The notes beneath the pieces were generated by a model. The model had not been told where the DNA came from. It did no database searches and was given only the letters and a program-made list of their open reading frames with translations. A stretch of DNA of 64,000 bases, from assembly GCA_026414665.1 (NCBI GenBank), contig JAOAIO010000004.1, positions 1,700 to 65,699 on the forward strand, in the 5' to 3' direction. Shown piece after piece: positions 17,744 to 27,250 of the stretch. The position numbers were made by a program, and so were the translations under genes. Positions within the stretch are counted from its first letter, which is position 1. Every line of letters begins with the position of its first letter. The stretch comes from Azovibrio sp. (GTDB lineage: Bacteria > Pseudomonadota > Gammaproteobacteria > Burkholderiales > Rhodocyclaceae).

Positions 17744-18472
17744 ATAGGTTTCTCCGAGCTGGTGCTGGGCGAGACCCAGGCTCACGGTGATGTGCGGCGT
17801 GCGGTGCGCGAAGAAGGGAAAGTCGAGGTCGGCGATGTGCTGTCGCACCCGTTCGGCGACCTGCTCGGCGGCCGTGAGCGGGGTTTCCGGCATCAGGATG
17901 AGGAATTCTTCGCCGCCCCAGCGGCCGCATAGGTCGTATTCGCGCAGCGTCTCTTGCAAGGTCTGGGCGATGCGGCTCAAGGCGGTGTCGCCGGCTTCGT
18001 GACCGAAACGATCGTTGATGCGCTTGAAGTGGTCTACGTCCAGAATGACGAGGGCGTAGGGGGTGGCTTTGCGGTTCGCCCGCTCGTTCTCTTCCTTGAT
18101 GCGCTCCATGAGGAAGCGGCGGTTGCCCAGGCCGGTGAGTGGGTCGCGTAGGGCGGCGTCTTTCAAGGCTTCGCTCAATTCGCGCAGGCTGTTCTGGTAG
18201 CGATCCGAGATGCGCGCTAGCTTTTCCAGGCGACGCAGTTGCCGGTCGTATTGTTCGGCGAGGCTGACGCTGCGGTTGCGGGTGAGCAGGTGATAGCCAT
18301 CGGAAATGCGCACTAGCCGTTCGAGCCGCTCTTGCTGCGCGGCGTGCGAGGCGAAGAGGGCTGCGAGCGGCGCCTTGAGCGGGTTATCGGCATGGGCAGG
18401 GTCGGCGAGCAGGGCTTCAATGTGCGCGACGAGCTCGTGTTCGGCCAGAGCGGAGTAAGGCTTAGCGGCCAT
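17666..18472 (-). CDS. siaD: diguanylate cyclase SiaD-like
   Basis: N-terminal duplicated RLE(R/K)L.RISD.Y helices; DPLTGL.NRR, DVDHFK.IND.FGH, RxxD I-site (REYD), GGEEF. Confidence 0.9.
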   Translation of the reverse strand: MAAKPYSALAEHELVAHIEALLADPAHADNPLKAPLAALFASHAAQQERLERLVRISDGYHLLTRNRSVSLAEQYDRQLRRLEKLARISDRYQNSLRELSEALKDAALRDPLTGLGNRRFLMERIKEENERANRKATPYALVILDVDHFKRINDRFGHEAGDTALSRIAQTLQETLREYDLCGRWGGEEFLILMPETPLTAAEQVAERVRQHIADLDFPFFAHRTPHITVSLGLAQHQLGETYSDTLNRADCALLAAKSAGRNRSISA

Positions 18473-18842
18473 CTGGGGCGATTTCGAAGGGAAAACTGCA
18501 ATCCTCGCGGAATTCGTCGGCGAGATCGACGACGCGCTCGTTGCGCGGATCGTAGAACCAGTCTACGCGCACCGGGCGGCCCTTGGCGTGCGCGGCTTCG
18601 AGCAGGTCGAAGATATCCATCATGGCCTTGACCGAACTGGTGTTCATATAGACGAGGCGCAATTCGAGGCGTAAGGGCATGTCGCCCTGGGCTAGATAGG
18701 CCTCGATCCAGGCAATCACGTCACGGAAGAATTCAAAGGAGTTTTCCGGGTATGAGTCGCCAGTCATGCTGACGAGGCCCGCCTCCCAGCGGGTGCTGAC
18801 GTAAGGCGTGGATTGGCTTGCAGGGATGTCGAGATCGTTCAT
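18462..18842 (-). CDS. siaC: SiaC-family phosphoprotein (DUF1987)
   Basis: STP, GDSYPEN, YMNTSSVK, W.YD..NER..DLADEF.ED. Confidence 0.9.
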   Translation of the reverse strand: MNDLDIPASQSTPYVSTRWEAGLVSMTGDSYPENSFEFFRDVIAWIEAYLAQGDMPLRLELRLVYMNTSSVKAMMDIFDLLEAAHAKGRPVRVDWFYDPRNERVVDLADEFREDCSFPFEIAPDGR

Positions 18843-18858
18843 GGGCTTTACCGGAGCA

Positions 18859-19401
18859 TCAGATGGTGGCGCACAGGCTAAAGAAGGCGTGTCGCGCGCC
18901 GATGCGCGACAGACTGGCGCGTAAGGGTCGGGCGGACTTGCGGGCAACATCGATGAGGCCAAGTCCCGCGCCGGTTATGGCGTCTTCGGCGCGGGGCTGG
19001 CGCAGCTGGGCCTTGTAGGCGGCTTTGAGCTCGGCCTTGTCCATTCGCGCCAAGGCCGAGATCCGAGCCAGCAGGGCCTCGCCATCGGCGTGTTCGACCA
19101 TGTTGCCGGCTTGGACGAGGTAGCGGCCATCCTCGTCCCGCGCCACGACAACGGTGGCCGAGCCTTGTAGCTCGTCGTAATCGTGCGCGAGGGCGTAATG
19201 GCGGATGTTCTGGGTCAATTCGACATAGACGCTGAACACGTCCATGGCCGCCGAAGGTTGGGCGTTGTCGGCCTGTAGATAATTTTTCAAGGCATTGCCG
19301 ATTTCCTCGATCAAGCTGCGGGAAATGGGGCCGTTGAAGCAGAGCAGGATGCGGCTTTCGTTGAAATGCTCGCGCAGTTGGAAGAGGTCGATCGTGGCCA
19401 T
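18859..19401 (-). CDS. siaB: SiaB-family protein kinase (GHKL/anti-sigma-kinase-like)
   Basis: VELTQNIRHY, GN, GAGLGLIDVARKS; lies between siaA and siaC. Confidence 0.9.
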   Translation of the reverse strand: MATIDLFQLREHFNESRILLCFNGPISRSLIEEIGNALKNYLQADNAQPSAAMDVFSVYVELTQNIRHYALAHDYDELQGSATVVVARDEDGRYLVQAGNMVEHADGEALLARISALARMDKAELKAAYKAQLRQPRAEDAITGAGLGLIDVARKSARPLRASLSRIGARHAFFSLCATI

Positions 19402-19412
19402 GGGCGTCCTGT

Positions 19413-21407
19413 TTAGTCGAAGCGGAAGGATAGTATCGTGATGTCGTCACGTTGGGGGTAGTCCCCTTGGTACTCGGCCAGAGCACGATCCAGGGCGCGC
19501 GCCTGTTCAGCCATGGGCAGCCGGGCGTGAGCGCGCAGCAAGGCGGCGAAACGGGTGTTGCCAAAGCCGTAGCCGAGCTCGCCGCCGGCTTGGTCGAGGA
19601 AGCCGTCGGTGGTGAGGTAGTAGGTGATACCCGGCTGTAGCGGGATTTCCGTGTCCGCGTAGCTGCCAACGCGCCGGTCGCCGATGGCGCGGCGTCCGCC
19701 CTTGTATTCGCCGACTTCCTGGCCGTTGCTCCAGTACAGCCCGATCTTGGCGCCGGCAAAACGCAACAGGCCGGCTTCCCGGTCTACATGCACGAGGCCG
19801 ATGTCCATATTGGTGGCGATGGCGCGTGGTAGCTCGCAGTCTTGCAGCATGGCGCGCATCGTTGCATCGGTCTGGGTCAAGATGGCGGCGGGGGCGGCGA
19901 TGCCTGCCTGATTCATGGCGTGGTCGAGCGCGGCCCGGGCGAGCATGGTCATCAGCGCGCCCGGCACGCCATGTCCGGCGCAATCGACGACGCCGAGCAG
20001 GTAGCGCGCGCCGACGTTGCGAAACACGTAGAAATCGCCACCGACCACGTCGCGTGGGCGCCAGAGGACGAAGTGGTGCGGTCCGAGCAGCTCGCGCATG
20101 GGTTGATTCGGTAGGATGGCCTTTTGAATCAGGCTGGCGTAGTCGATCGAGTCGTTGATCTGCTTGTGCGCGCGCTGCATGGCTTGGTTGGCGGCTTCGA
20201 GCGCTTGCGTGCGGGCCTGGACCTTGGCTTCGAGGTCTTCGGTGTGGCTGCGAATCTGCTTGGCCATGCTGGCGAAGGCTTGGCTGAGGTCGCCGAGTTC
20301 ATCGCGGCTGGGCGGCGGCAGCGCGACCTCGTAATGGCCCTGGGCGAGCGCCGTGGCCGATTGTTGCAGGCGTTGCAAAGGGCGCAGCACGAGCCGTTCG
20401 ACCGCATAGGCGAAAGCCAGCAAGAGGATGCCTAAGAGCAGTACCAGGGCGGCGATGGCGGTGTGGAGCCAGCCGCGGTCGATGACTTGGGCCGCTTCGA
20501 GGTCCATGGCGGTGACGACATGCCACTTCAGTTCCGGCATGTAGGAGAGCGCCAGCAGCTGCTCGCGCCCGTCCATGTGGGCGCGCAAGAGCGCGACTTC
20601 CTGTGGGTGGGCCTCGGCACGCGCCATGGCCGCGGCGAGCGCTTCCTGTTCGGGGCCGGGACGAAGCTGGCCGGCGAGTGTCTGTTCCGGGCGGGCAGCG
20701 GTCGCGGCTTGATTGGTGGCGATCAGCTCGGGGTTGCGGTGCGCCTGAATGGCCCCGTTTTTGGCGATGATCATCGGTGTGATGCCCGCTGCATCGGTGG
20801 CGATGAATTCTTTGAGGAAATCGCTGAGGTCCAAGCCCGTGCCGGCAAGTCCGAGAACGTGTTCGCCATCGCGCACGACGATGTTGAGCCAGACTTGGGT
20901 GAGTTGTAGCTGGGCATCATAATTGACGTTGATGTTGTAGGGCTCGACTTGGCGGATGGAGCTGAAGAACCAGGCATCGCGCTCCTGGCTTGGGTCGAGA
21001 AAGTAGCGGGGTGTGTTGCTGGCGGCCTTCTTGTCGTCGTTGAAGTAGTAGCCGCGGCTGCGCTGGCTAATGACGAAATAGGATTTGCTGCGGAAATCCT
21101 GGCGGTAGCCTTCGGCCTCGCGGAAAAAGAGGGCCTTCTTGCTCGGGTCGTGCTCGTCGCGCAGCCATTGCCGGGTGACTTGCGAGTCGGCCAAGCGCAA
21201 GGATAGCGCCAAGTCGCGCGAAATCGGGGCGAGAATGCTCTGGCGCTTGAGCAAGGTGAAGTTGCGGGCATAGGCCTCGCCGAAGTGGTTGCGCACTTTT
21301 TCGAGCACCAGGTAGCCAATCAGCCCGGCGGGCGCGAGCGCCAGTAGACAGGCGAGCACGAGCGCGAGGATCGATTTGGCGCGCAGCCCAAACCCCCAGT
21401 TTGCCAT
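19413..21407 (-). CDS. siaA: SiaA-family membrane sensor phosphatase (periplasmic sensor, HAMP, SpoIIE/PP2C)
   Basis: Two TM segments, HAMP (RPLQRL..DELGDL), VVGGDFY, DCAGHGVPGA, TDGF.DQ, DDIT. Confidence 0.9.
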   Translation of the reverse strand: MANWGFGLRAKSILALVLACLLALAPAGLIGYLVLEKVRNHFGEAYARNFTLLKRQSILAPISRDLALSLRLADSQVTRQWLRDEHDPSKKALFFREAEGYRQDFRSKSYFVISQRSRGYYFNDDKKAASNTPRYFLDPSQERDAWFFSSIRQVEPYNINVNYDAQLQLTQVWLNIVVRDGEHVLGLAGTGLDLSDFLKEFIATDAAGITPMIIAKNGAIQAHRNPELIATNQAATAARPEQTLAGQLRPGPEQEALAAAMARAEAHPQEVALLRAHMDGREQLLALSYMPELKWHVVTAMDLEAAQVIDRGWLHTAIAALVLLLGILLLAFAYAVERLVLRPLQRLQQSATALAQGHYEVALPPPSRDELGDLSQAFASMAKQIRSHTEDLEAKVQARTQALEAANQAMQRAHKQINDSIDYASLIQKAILPNQPMRELLGPHHFVLWRPRDVVGGDFYVFRNVGARYLLGVVDCAGHGVPGALMTMLARAALDHAMNQAGIAAPAAILTQTDATMRAMLQDCELPRAIATNMDIGLVHVDREAGLLRFAGAKIGLYWSNGQEVGEYKGGRRAIGDRRVGSYADTEIPLQPGITYYLTTDGFLDQAGGELGYGFGNTRFAALLRAHARLPMAEQARALDRALAEYQGDYPQRDDITILSFRFD

Positions 21408-21475
21408 GCGACGCCCCTGCTCTATGACTTTGGTAACGGTCTGATTGTAGCCGTTTCTCGCTGGCTTGCCAGCGT

Positions 21476-22657
21476 CTATTGCGTATCGCCTTGCCAGTGG
21501 CGCGGGCCGTAGCCGGCGGCGCCGACGAACAGACGCACGACACCGTAACACAGCCAGCGCAGCAGGCGCGAGGGGAGCGACTGGCGCCCGAGCTCGGCGC
21601 GGGTGAGTTCCACGGCCCCCGTGGCCATGGCCGTTTCCAGGCTGTGGCGTAGCGCCGCGGCGAAATCGTGGTCATCCACCACGACGTTGCCTTCCTTGGC
21701 GAGCAAGAGGCTAAACGGGTCGATGTTGGAAGAACCGACCGTAGCCCAGTGGTCGTCGATCACCGCCACCTTGGCGTGCAGGAAGCTGCGGCGGTATTCA
21801 AAGAGGCGTATGCCTTCGTCGAGTAGGGCGCCGTAGAGGGCTTGCGTCGCGTAATGCAGCAAGGGGTGGTCGGTCTGCCCTTGCAGCAGAATGGTGACCT
21901 GCACGCCGCGCTGCACGGCGGCGCGCAGGGCATGGCGGAAACGCCAGCCGGGCAGGAAGTAGGCGTTGGCGATGAGCACCGAGTCGCGGGCCTGCTGGAT
22001 GGCATCGAGATAGGCGTTGGCGATGTCGTTGCGGTGGCGGATGTTGTCGCGCAGCAAGAAGGCGGCGCGTTGCTGGCCTTCGATGACCGGGCAGTCCGGG
22101 CAGGGGTCGTGCGGTGGCAGACGGTAGCGGCGCTTGAAGCTGGCCCAGGCGACGATTTCCCACATGCGCTGCATGGCGCGCCGGATGTGCGGCACGAGCG
22201 GTCCTTCGACCTGGACTGCATAGTCGTAGCGCGGGCGCAGCGCCGGCGGCGCGTTGTCGTCGGCAATGATGTTGATGCCGCCGACGAAGGCTAAGCGCGC
22301 ATCGATGACCGCGAGCTTGCGGTGCAGGCGGCGCAGGCGATGCCGGCGCAGGCGAAAGCGGGCAACCTCCTGACGATAGATCAGAAACTGGACGCCGGCG
22401 GCGCGTAAGCGCTCGCCGAACTGCGCGGGAAAATCGCGGGCGCCGAAGCCATCGACCAAGACGCGCACGGCGACATTGCGATCGGCGGCGCGCGCCAGGG
22501 CCGCGGCGACTTGGTTGCCGATGGCGTCGGCAGCGAAGATGTAGCTTTCGAGAAAGATTTCCCGGCTAGCCGCGTCGATGGCGGCGATCAGGGCAGGAAA
22601 GTATTCGCGCCCGGAATTGAGCAAGGTGAGGCGGTTGCCGGCGATGAATTCAGGCAT
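21476..22657 (-). CDS. clsB: cardiolipin synthase ClsB
   Basis: Two HKD motifs (HRKLAVID, HAKVAVID), ANAYFLP, GSSNIDP; no N-terminal TM segment. Confidence 0.9.
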   Translation of the reverse strand: MPEFIAGNRLTLLNSGREYFPALIAAIDAASREIFLESYIFAADAIGNQVAAALARAADRNVAVRVLVDGFGARDFPAQFGERLRAAGVQFLIYRQEVARFRLRRHRLRRLHRKLAVIDARLAFVGGINIIADDNAPPALRPRYDYAVQVEGPLVPHIRRAMQRMWEIVAWASFKRRYRLPPHDPCPDCPVIEGQQRAAFLLRDNIRHRNDIANAYLDAIQQARDSVLIANAYFLPGWRFRHALRAAVQRGVQVTILLQGQTDHPLLHYATQALYGALLDEGIRLFEYRRSFLHAKVAVIDDHWATVGSSNIDPFSLLLAKEGNVVVDDHDFAAALRHSLETAMATGAVELTRAELGRQSLPSRLLRWLCYGVVRLFVGAAGYGPRHWQGDTQ

Positions 22658-23405
22658 CGCAAATGAGGCGCGCCGAGAGCGCGGCGTGATCGGAGAGTTG
22701 CGACCAGGGCGGGCCGAAATGGACCCGCGCCTCCGCCACGGCGAGGCCGCGCACGTAGATGCGGTCGAGCCGGAACAGCGGCAGAGCGGCGGGAAAGCTG
22801 CGTACCGGGCGGTTCCCGAAGACTTCGGTCAGGCCGAGGCGGGCCGCCAAATGTTCGGCGGCGCGGTTTTGCCAGTCGTTGAAGTCGCCGGCGATGATGA
22901 GTGGCGTGCCGGCGGGCGCGATGCTTTCGAGGTAGGCGCTCAAATCGTGCATCTGGCGCCGGCGCGAACGGCCGAATAGGGATAAATGCACGCAGACGCA
23001 GTGCAGCACGCGCCGATCCGGTAGGGCGATGCGGCAATGCAACAGACCGCGGCGCTCGAACTTGAGGTCCGTCACATCCTGGTTGTGACTGGCGAGAATC
23101 GGCAGGCGCGACAAGATGGCGTTGCCATGGTGGCCGTGGTCATAAACCCGGTTTTCGGCGTAGGCCGTCTCGGGCCAGACGCCTTCGGCGAGGAAATGAT
23201 GCTGGGCATGGGCCGGCCAGTTCGAGTGGCGGCGGGCGTGGCCCAGATGCAGGCCCTGCACTTCTTGCAAAAAGACGATGTCCGGCGCCAGGCTGCGCAG
23301 GCGCTCGCGCAGCTCGTGGATCATCATGCGCCGATTGAACTGGGAAAAGCCCTTGTGGATGTTGTAGGTGGCGATGTGCAGGCTAACAGGGGCGGACATC
23401 GGCAT
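22650..23405 (-). CDS. endonuclease/exonuclease/phosphatase family protein (YbhP-like)
   Basis: TYNIHKG, LQEV, GNAILSR, AGDFNDW, LDRIY, SDH; directly upstream of clsB as in ybhP-clsB. Confidence 0.88.
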   Translation of the reverse strand: MPMSAPVSLHIATYNIHKGFSQFNRRMMIHELRERLRSLAPDIVFLQEVQGLHLGHARRHSNWPAHAQHHFLAEGVWPETAYAENRVYDHGHHGNAILSRLPILASHNQDVTDLKFERRGLLHCRIALPDRRVLHCVCVHLSLFGRSRRRQMHDLSAYLESIAPAGTPLIIAGDFNDWQNRAAEHLAARLGLTEVFGNRPVRSFPAALPLFRLDRIYVRGLAVAEARVHFGPPWSQLSDHAALSARLICDA

Positions 23406-23846
23406 TTAGCGCTGGGCGCGGGCGAATTGGCGTAGCAGATCAAGGGCGATGCCGGGGCTCAAGCCGGGTTTGTCGAGGCCCTGGCCGCGCCGGTCGAGCG
23501 CGAAAGCGCCTTTGAGCTGCGCCGTTATTGGGCTGGTGGCGGACAGGTGCTGAAAACCCATGCTCCAGTCGGGAAAGCTACGCGCCGTGATGCGCTCACG
23601 CTCTAGTTCGATCAAGCCATGGTGGCGCGGGTCGCGCGCTAGGCGGGTGTAGAGCTGCTCCACCGCCGTGGCCGGACCTTCCAGCACTTGCAGAAAGACG
23701 CCGCCGCCATAGAGCAGCATGCCTGTGATGCCGAGCCGCGCATTGCGCTCGCGGCTCGTGGCGAGCAGGGCGAGCAAGTCGGCCTCGCTCATTTCGCGCT
23801 GGGCGGTGCTGTAGTAGATGAGCTGGATGAGATCCGCCGCGTCCAT
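23406..23846 (-). CDS. stand-alone BLUF blue-light sensor protein
   Basis: LIYYS (Tyr), RNARLGITGMLL, FLQVLEG (Gln), DPRH, RSFPDWSMGF (Trp/Met). Confidence 0.93.
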   Translation of the reverse strand: MDAADLIQLIYYSTAQREMSEADLLALLATSRERNARLGITGMLLYGGGVFLQVLEGPATAVEQLYTRLARDPRHHGLIELERERITARSFPDWSMGFQHLSATSPITAQLKGAFALDRRGQGLDKPGLSPGIALDLLRQFARAQR

Positions 23847-23853
23847 GCCGGGC

Positions 23854-24948
23854 TTAGGAAATGGCCAGCATCCGGTCGAGCGCCAGGCGGGCGAGTTCGG
23901 CTTCGTGGGGCGGCACCACGATGGGATTGACGACGTGGCCGGCGGCCAGGTTTTCCAAGGTCCAGGCCAGGTGCTGCGGGTCGATGCGCTGCATGGTCGA
24001 GCACATGCAGATGGTGCTGGCCATGAATTGGACGATCTTGCCTTCTGGCGCCACCTCGCGGGCTAGGCGTTCCACCAGGTTGAGTTCGGTGCCCACCAAC
24101 CAGCGCGTGCCGGGCGGCGCTTCCTTGATGGTCTTGACGATCAGCTCGGTGGAACCGACGTGGTCGGAGGCAGCGCAGACCTCGAAATTGCATTCCGGGT
24201 GAGAGATGACGATGCCGTCGGGATGCTGGGCGCGGAAGGCGTCGATGTGGCGCTTTTGGAACATTTGGTGCACCGAGCAGTGGCCTTTCCAGAGCAGAAT
24301 CTTCGCCTTCTTGATCTGGTCATGGGTGAGCCCGCCATATTCGCGGTCCGGGTCCCAGACCATCATGTCTTCCAAGGGGATGCCCATCTTGTGGCCGGTC
24401 CAGCGTCCGAGGTGCTGGTCGGGAAAGAACAAAATCTTCGGGCGTTGCGTGAACGCCCATTTGGCGATGCTGCCGGCGTTGCTCGAGGTGCAGACGATGC
24501 CGCCGTGCGCGCCGCAGAATGCCTTCAGGTCGGCCGCCGAATTGATGTAGGTGACCGGGGTGAATTCCTGCTCTACGTCTAGCACTTCGCCCAGCTCCCG
24601 CCAGCAGCGCTCCACCTTGGCGAGATTGGCCATGTCGGCCATGGAGCAGCCAGCGGCCAGGTCGGGCAGGATGGCGGTTTGGCTGGGCTTGGACATCATG
24701 TCCGCCACTTCGGCCATGAAGTGCACGCCGCAAAAGACGATGTAGGGGGAGTCGGTCTGCGCCGCCAGGCGCGAGAGCTTGAGCGAGTCGCCGGTCAGAT
24801 CCGCGTGTTGATAGATGTCGGCACGCTGATAGTGGTGGCAGAGCAATACCACTTCTTTCCCCAATTGGGCGCGGGCGGCGCGGATGCGCGTCTGGCATTC
24901 TGCGTCGGAAAGTAAGTTGTAGGCGTCAAAAGGCAGCGGGTTCGTCAT
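23854..24948 (-). CDS. nadA: quinolinate synthase
   Basis: HHYQ, GDSL.L, FCGVHFMAE, AGCSMADM, YINS, CTSSNA, PDQHLG, CSVH, HPEC, CSTM. Confidence 0.93.
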   Translation of the reverse strand: MTNPLPFDAYNLLSDAECQTRIRAARAQLGKEVVLLCHHYQRADIYQHADLTGDSLKLSRLAAQTDSPYIVFCGVHFMAEVADMMSKPSQTAILPDLAAGCSMADMANLAKVERCWRELGEVLDVEQEFTPVTYINSAADLKAFCGAHGGIVCTSSNAGSIAKWAFTQRPKILFFPDQHLGRWTGHKMGIPLEDMMVWDPDREYGGLTHDQIKKAKILLWKGHCSVHQMFQKRHIDAFRAQHPDGIVISHPECNFEVCAASDHVGSTELIVKTIKEAPPGTRWLVGTELNLVERLAREVAPEGKIVQFMASTICMCSTMQRIDPQHLAWTLENLAAGHVVNPIVVPPHEAELARLALDRMLAIS

Positions 24949-25003
24949 GGTTCTTCGTGGCAGCAAGGCCGGGCGCGGCGCCCGGCAACAACAGGGGAGG
25001 CAG

Positions 25004-25456
25004 TCAGCTTTGGTACCAGGGGAGCCCGGCGTGGCGCCAGCCGCCGATCTTGTTGCGCTGGCCGAGGGCATCCTTGTCGCCCTCGAAACCTTCGAGCACG
25101 TTGTAGCAGGCCGTGTAGCCAGCTGCCGTGGCGGCGCGTGCGGCATGATCCGAACGCACGCCGCTGCGGCAGATGAACAATACCAGCGCTTCTTGATCGA
25201 CCTGGCGCTTTAGTTGGGCTAGAAAGTTTGGATTGGGCGTGCCCCCCGGATAATGGTTCCATTCGATTTCGACGGCGCCAGGGATGCGTCCCACCCAGTC
25301 TAGCTCGGCGCGGGTACGCACATCGACGAGCTTGGCGCCGGGGGCAAGTTCGAGCACCTTGCTCGCTTCGCCGGGGGTGAGCGCCCCGGCATAGGGGAGT
25401 CCCAAGGCGTGGCCGCGGTCGTGGGCCAATTGCAGCAGATCGGTCAGTTTTCCCAT
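25004..25456 (-). CDS. rhodanese-like domain protein
   Basis: LVDVRT..E...VG.IP, FICRSGVRS, YNVLEGFEG, GW...GLPW. Confidence 0.9.
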   Translation of the reverse strand: MGKLTDLLQLAHDRGHALGLPYAGALTPGEASKVLELAPGAKLVDVRTRAELDWVGRIPGAVEIEWNHYPGGTPNPNFLAQLKRQVDQEALVLFICRSGVRSDHAARAATAAGYTACYNVLEGFEGDKDALGQRNKIGGWRHAGLPWYQS

Positions 25457-25537
25457 GGTGGCGCGTATCCCTGCATGAATGGAGTCGGACTCCGAAGTAT
25501 AGCGCAGCCGCTTTGGCCCGGGCGCGCAAGCGCTTAG

Positions 25538-25586
25538 TGCGCCACTATGGTGCGCACCAGTGTGGTGAATGCACCTTTGTGGTGCG
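25538..25586. promoter_or_regulatory. NtrC-type enhancer boxes (three adjacent TGCACC-N5-GGTGCA-like sites)
   Basis: TGCGCCACTATGGTGCG, CGCACCAGTGTGGTGAA, TGCACCTTTGTGGTGCG upstream of the glnA sigma54 promoter. Confidence 0.8.
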
Positions 25587-25661
25587 CTCGCGCTGCGGTT
25601 TCATGCCGGGCTTTCGTGGCGATGCCTTTGTGGCACAATGCCAAGGCATGTTTGTAAACAT

Positions 25662-25677
25662 TGGCACGCTTTCTGCT
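25662..25677 (+). promoter_or_regulatory. sigma54 (-24/-12) promoter of glnA
   Basis: TGGCACGCTTTCTGCT, GG-N10-GC. Confidence 0.85.
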
Positions 25678-25745
25678 CAAGCCTGTCCGTTTTGCTTTTT
25701 TTGTGTTTCCGGCACCGCCGGTATCCGTTTGGGAGACTCTGCAAT

Positions 25746-27158
25746 ATGGCTACTGTTCAGGACGTTCTGAAGATGATGAAGGAAAACGACGTCAAGTTCG
25801 TCGATTTCCGCTTCACCGACACCCGCGGCAAGGAGCAGCACGTCGGCGTGCCCGCGCACACCGTCGATGAAGAAAAGTTTGAAAACGGCCACGCATTCGA
25901 TGGCTCTTCGATCGCGGGTTGGAAGGGCATCCAGGCGTCTGACATGCTGCTGATGCCGGACCCCGATACCGCTTTCATCGATCCGTTTTTCGATGAAACC
26001 ACGCTGGTGCTGTCCTGCGATGTGGTCGATCCGACCGATGGCCGCGGCTATGACCGCTGCCCGCGCTCCATCGCCAAGCGCGCCGAGGCGTATCTGAAGT
26101 CTTCCGGTCTGGGCGATACCGCCTATTTCGGTCCCGAGCCCGAGTTCTTCATCTTCGACTCCGTCGAGTGGAAGACCGACATGTCCGGCTGCTTCGTGAA
26201 GATCTACTCCGAAGAGGCCGCCTGGGCCACCGCCGAGAAGTTCGAAGGCGGCAACATCGGCCACCGTCCGATGGTCAAGGGCGGTTACTTCCCCGTGCCC
26301 CCCGTCGATTCCTTCAACGACATCCGCGCCGCCATGTGCCTGGCCCTGGAGCAGTGCGGCGTCGAAGTCGAAGTGCACCACCACGAAGTGGCGACTGCCG
26401 GCCAGAACGAGATCGGCACCAAGTTCGGCACCCTGGTGCGCCGCGCCGACCTGACCCAGGTCCTGAAGTACGTGGTGCATAACGTCGCGCACCAGTACGG
26501 CAAGACCGCCACCTTCATGCCCAAGCCGATCGTCGGCGACAACGGCTCCGGTATGCACGTGCACCAGTCGATTTGGAAGGACGGCAAGAACCTGTTCGCG
26601 GGTAACGGCTATGCCGGCCTGTCTGAAACCGCGCTCTACTACATCGGCGGCATCATCAAGCACGCCAAGGCTCTGAACGCCATCACCAACCCCGGCACCA
26701 ACTCTTATAAGCGTCTGGTGCCGCATTTCGAAGCGCCGGTGAAGCTGGCCTACTCTGCCAAGAACCGTTCCGCTTCGATCCGCGTGCCCTTCGTCGCCTC
26801 CGACAAGGCCCGCCGCATCGAGACCCGCTTCCCCGACCCCATCGCCAACCCCTACCTGTGCTTCGCCGCGCTGCTGATGGCGGGCCTGGACGGCATCCAG
26901 AACAAGATTCACCCCGGCGATCCCGCCGACAAGAACCTCTATGATCTGCCGCCCGAGGAAGATGCCAAGATCCCGACCGTGTGCGCCAGCCTCGACGAAG
27001 CCCTGGCCCACTTGGACAAGGACCGCGAATTCCTGACCCGTGGTGGCGTGTTCTCGAACGACTGGATCGACGCCTTCATCGCCCTCAAGATGGAAGAGGT
27101 GAACAAGGTGCGCATGACCACCCACCCGGTGGAATTCGATCTGTACTACTCCTGCTGA
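25746..27158 (+). CDS. glnA: glutamine synthetase type I
   Basis: [51 protein letters not shown] adenylylation site. Confidence 0.98.
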   Translation: MATVQDVLKMMKENDVKFVDFRFTDTRGKEQHVGVPAHTVDEEKFENGHAFDGSSIAGWKGIQASDMLLMPDPDTAFIDPFFDETTLVLSCDVVDPTDGRGYDRCPRSIAKRAEAYLKSSGLGDTAYFGPEPEFFIFDSVEWKTDMSGCFVKIYSEEAAWATAEKFEGGNIGHRPMVKGGYFPVPPVDSFNDIRAAMCLALEQCGVEVEVHHHEVATAGQNEIGTKFGTLVRRADLTQVLKYVVHNVAHQYGKTATFMPKPIVGDNGSGMHVHQSIWKDGKNLFAGNGYAGLSETALYYIGGIIKHAKALNAITNPGTNSYKRLVPHFEAPVKLAYSAKNRSASIRVPFVASDKARRIETRFPDPIANPYLCFAALLMAGLDGIQNKIHPGDPADKNLYDLPPEEDAKIPTVCASLDEALAHLDKDREFLTRGGVFSNDWIDAFIALKMEEVNKVRMTTHPVEFDLYYSC

Positions 27159-27194
27159 TACGGATGCCGCTTGGGCGGCGTGCTCGGCAGTACC

Positions 27195-27220
27195 AAGCCC
27201 CGACTGGTTCGGGGCTTTTT
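27195..27220 (+). terminator. intrinsic terminator after glnA (possibly bidirectional)
   Basis: AAGCCCCGA-CTGGT-TCGGGGCTT-TTT. Confidence 0.8.
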
Positions 27221-27250
27221 CTTGGAGTGTTTCGACGTGGCCTGTTTGCT

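Noticed and set aside
25631-25647. Second sigma54 promoter (TGGCAC) upstream of glnA
   Set aside because: No GC at the -12 position with N10 spacing.
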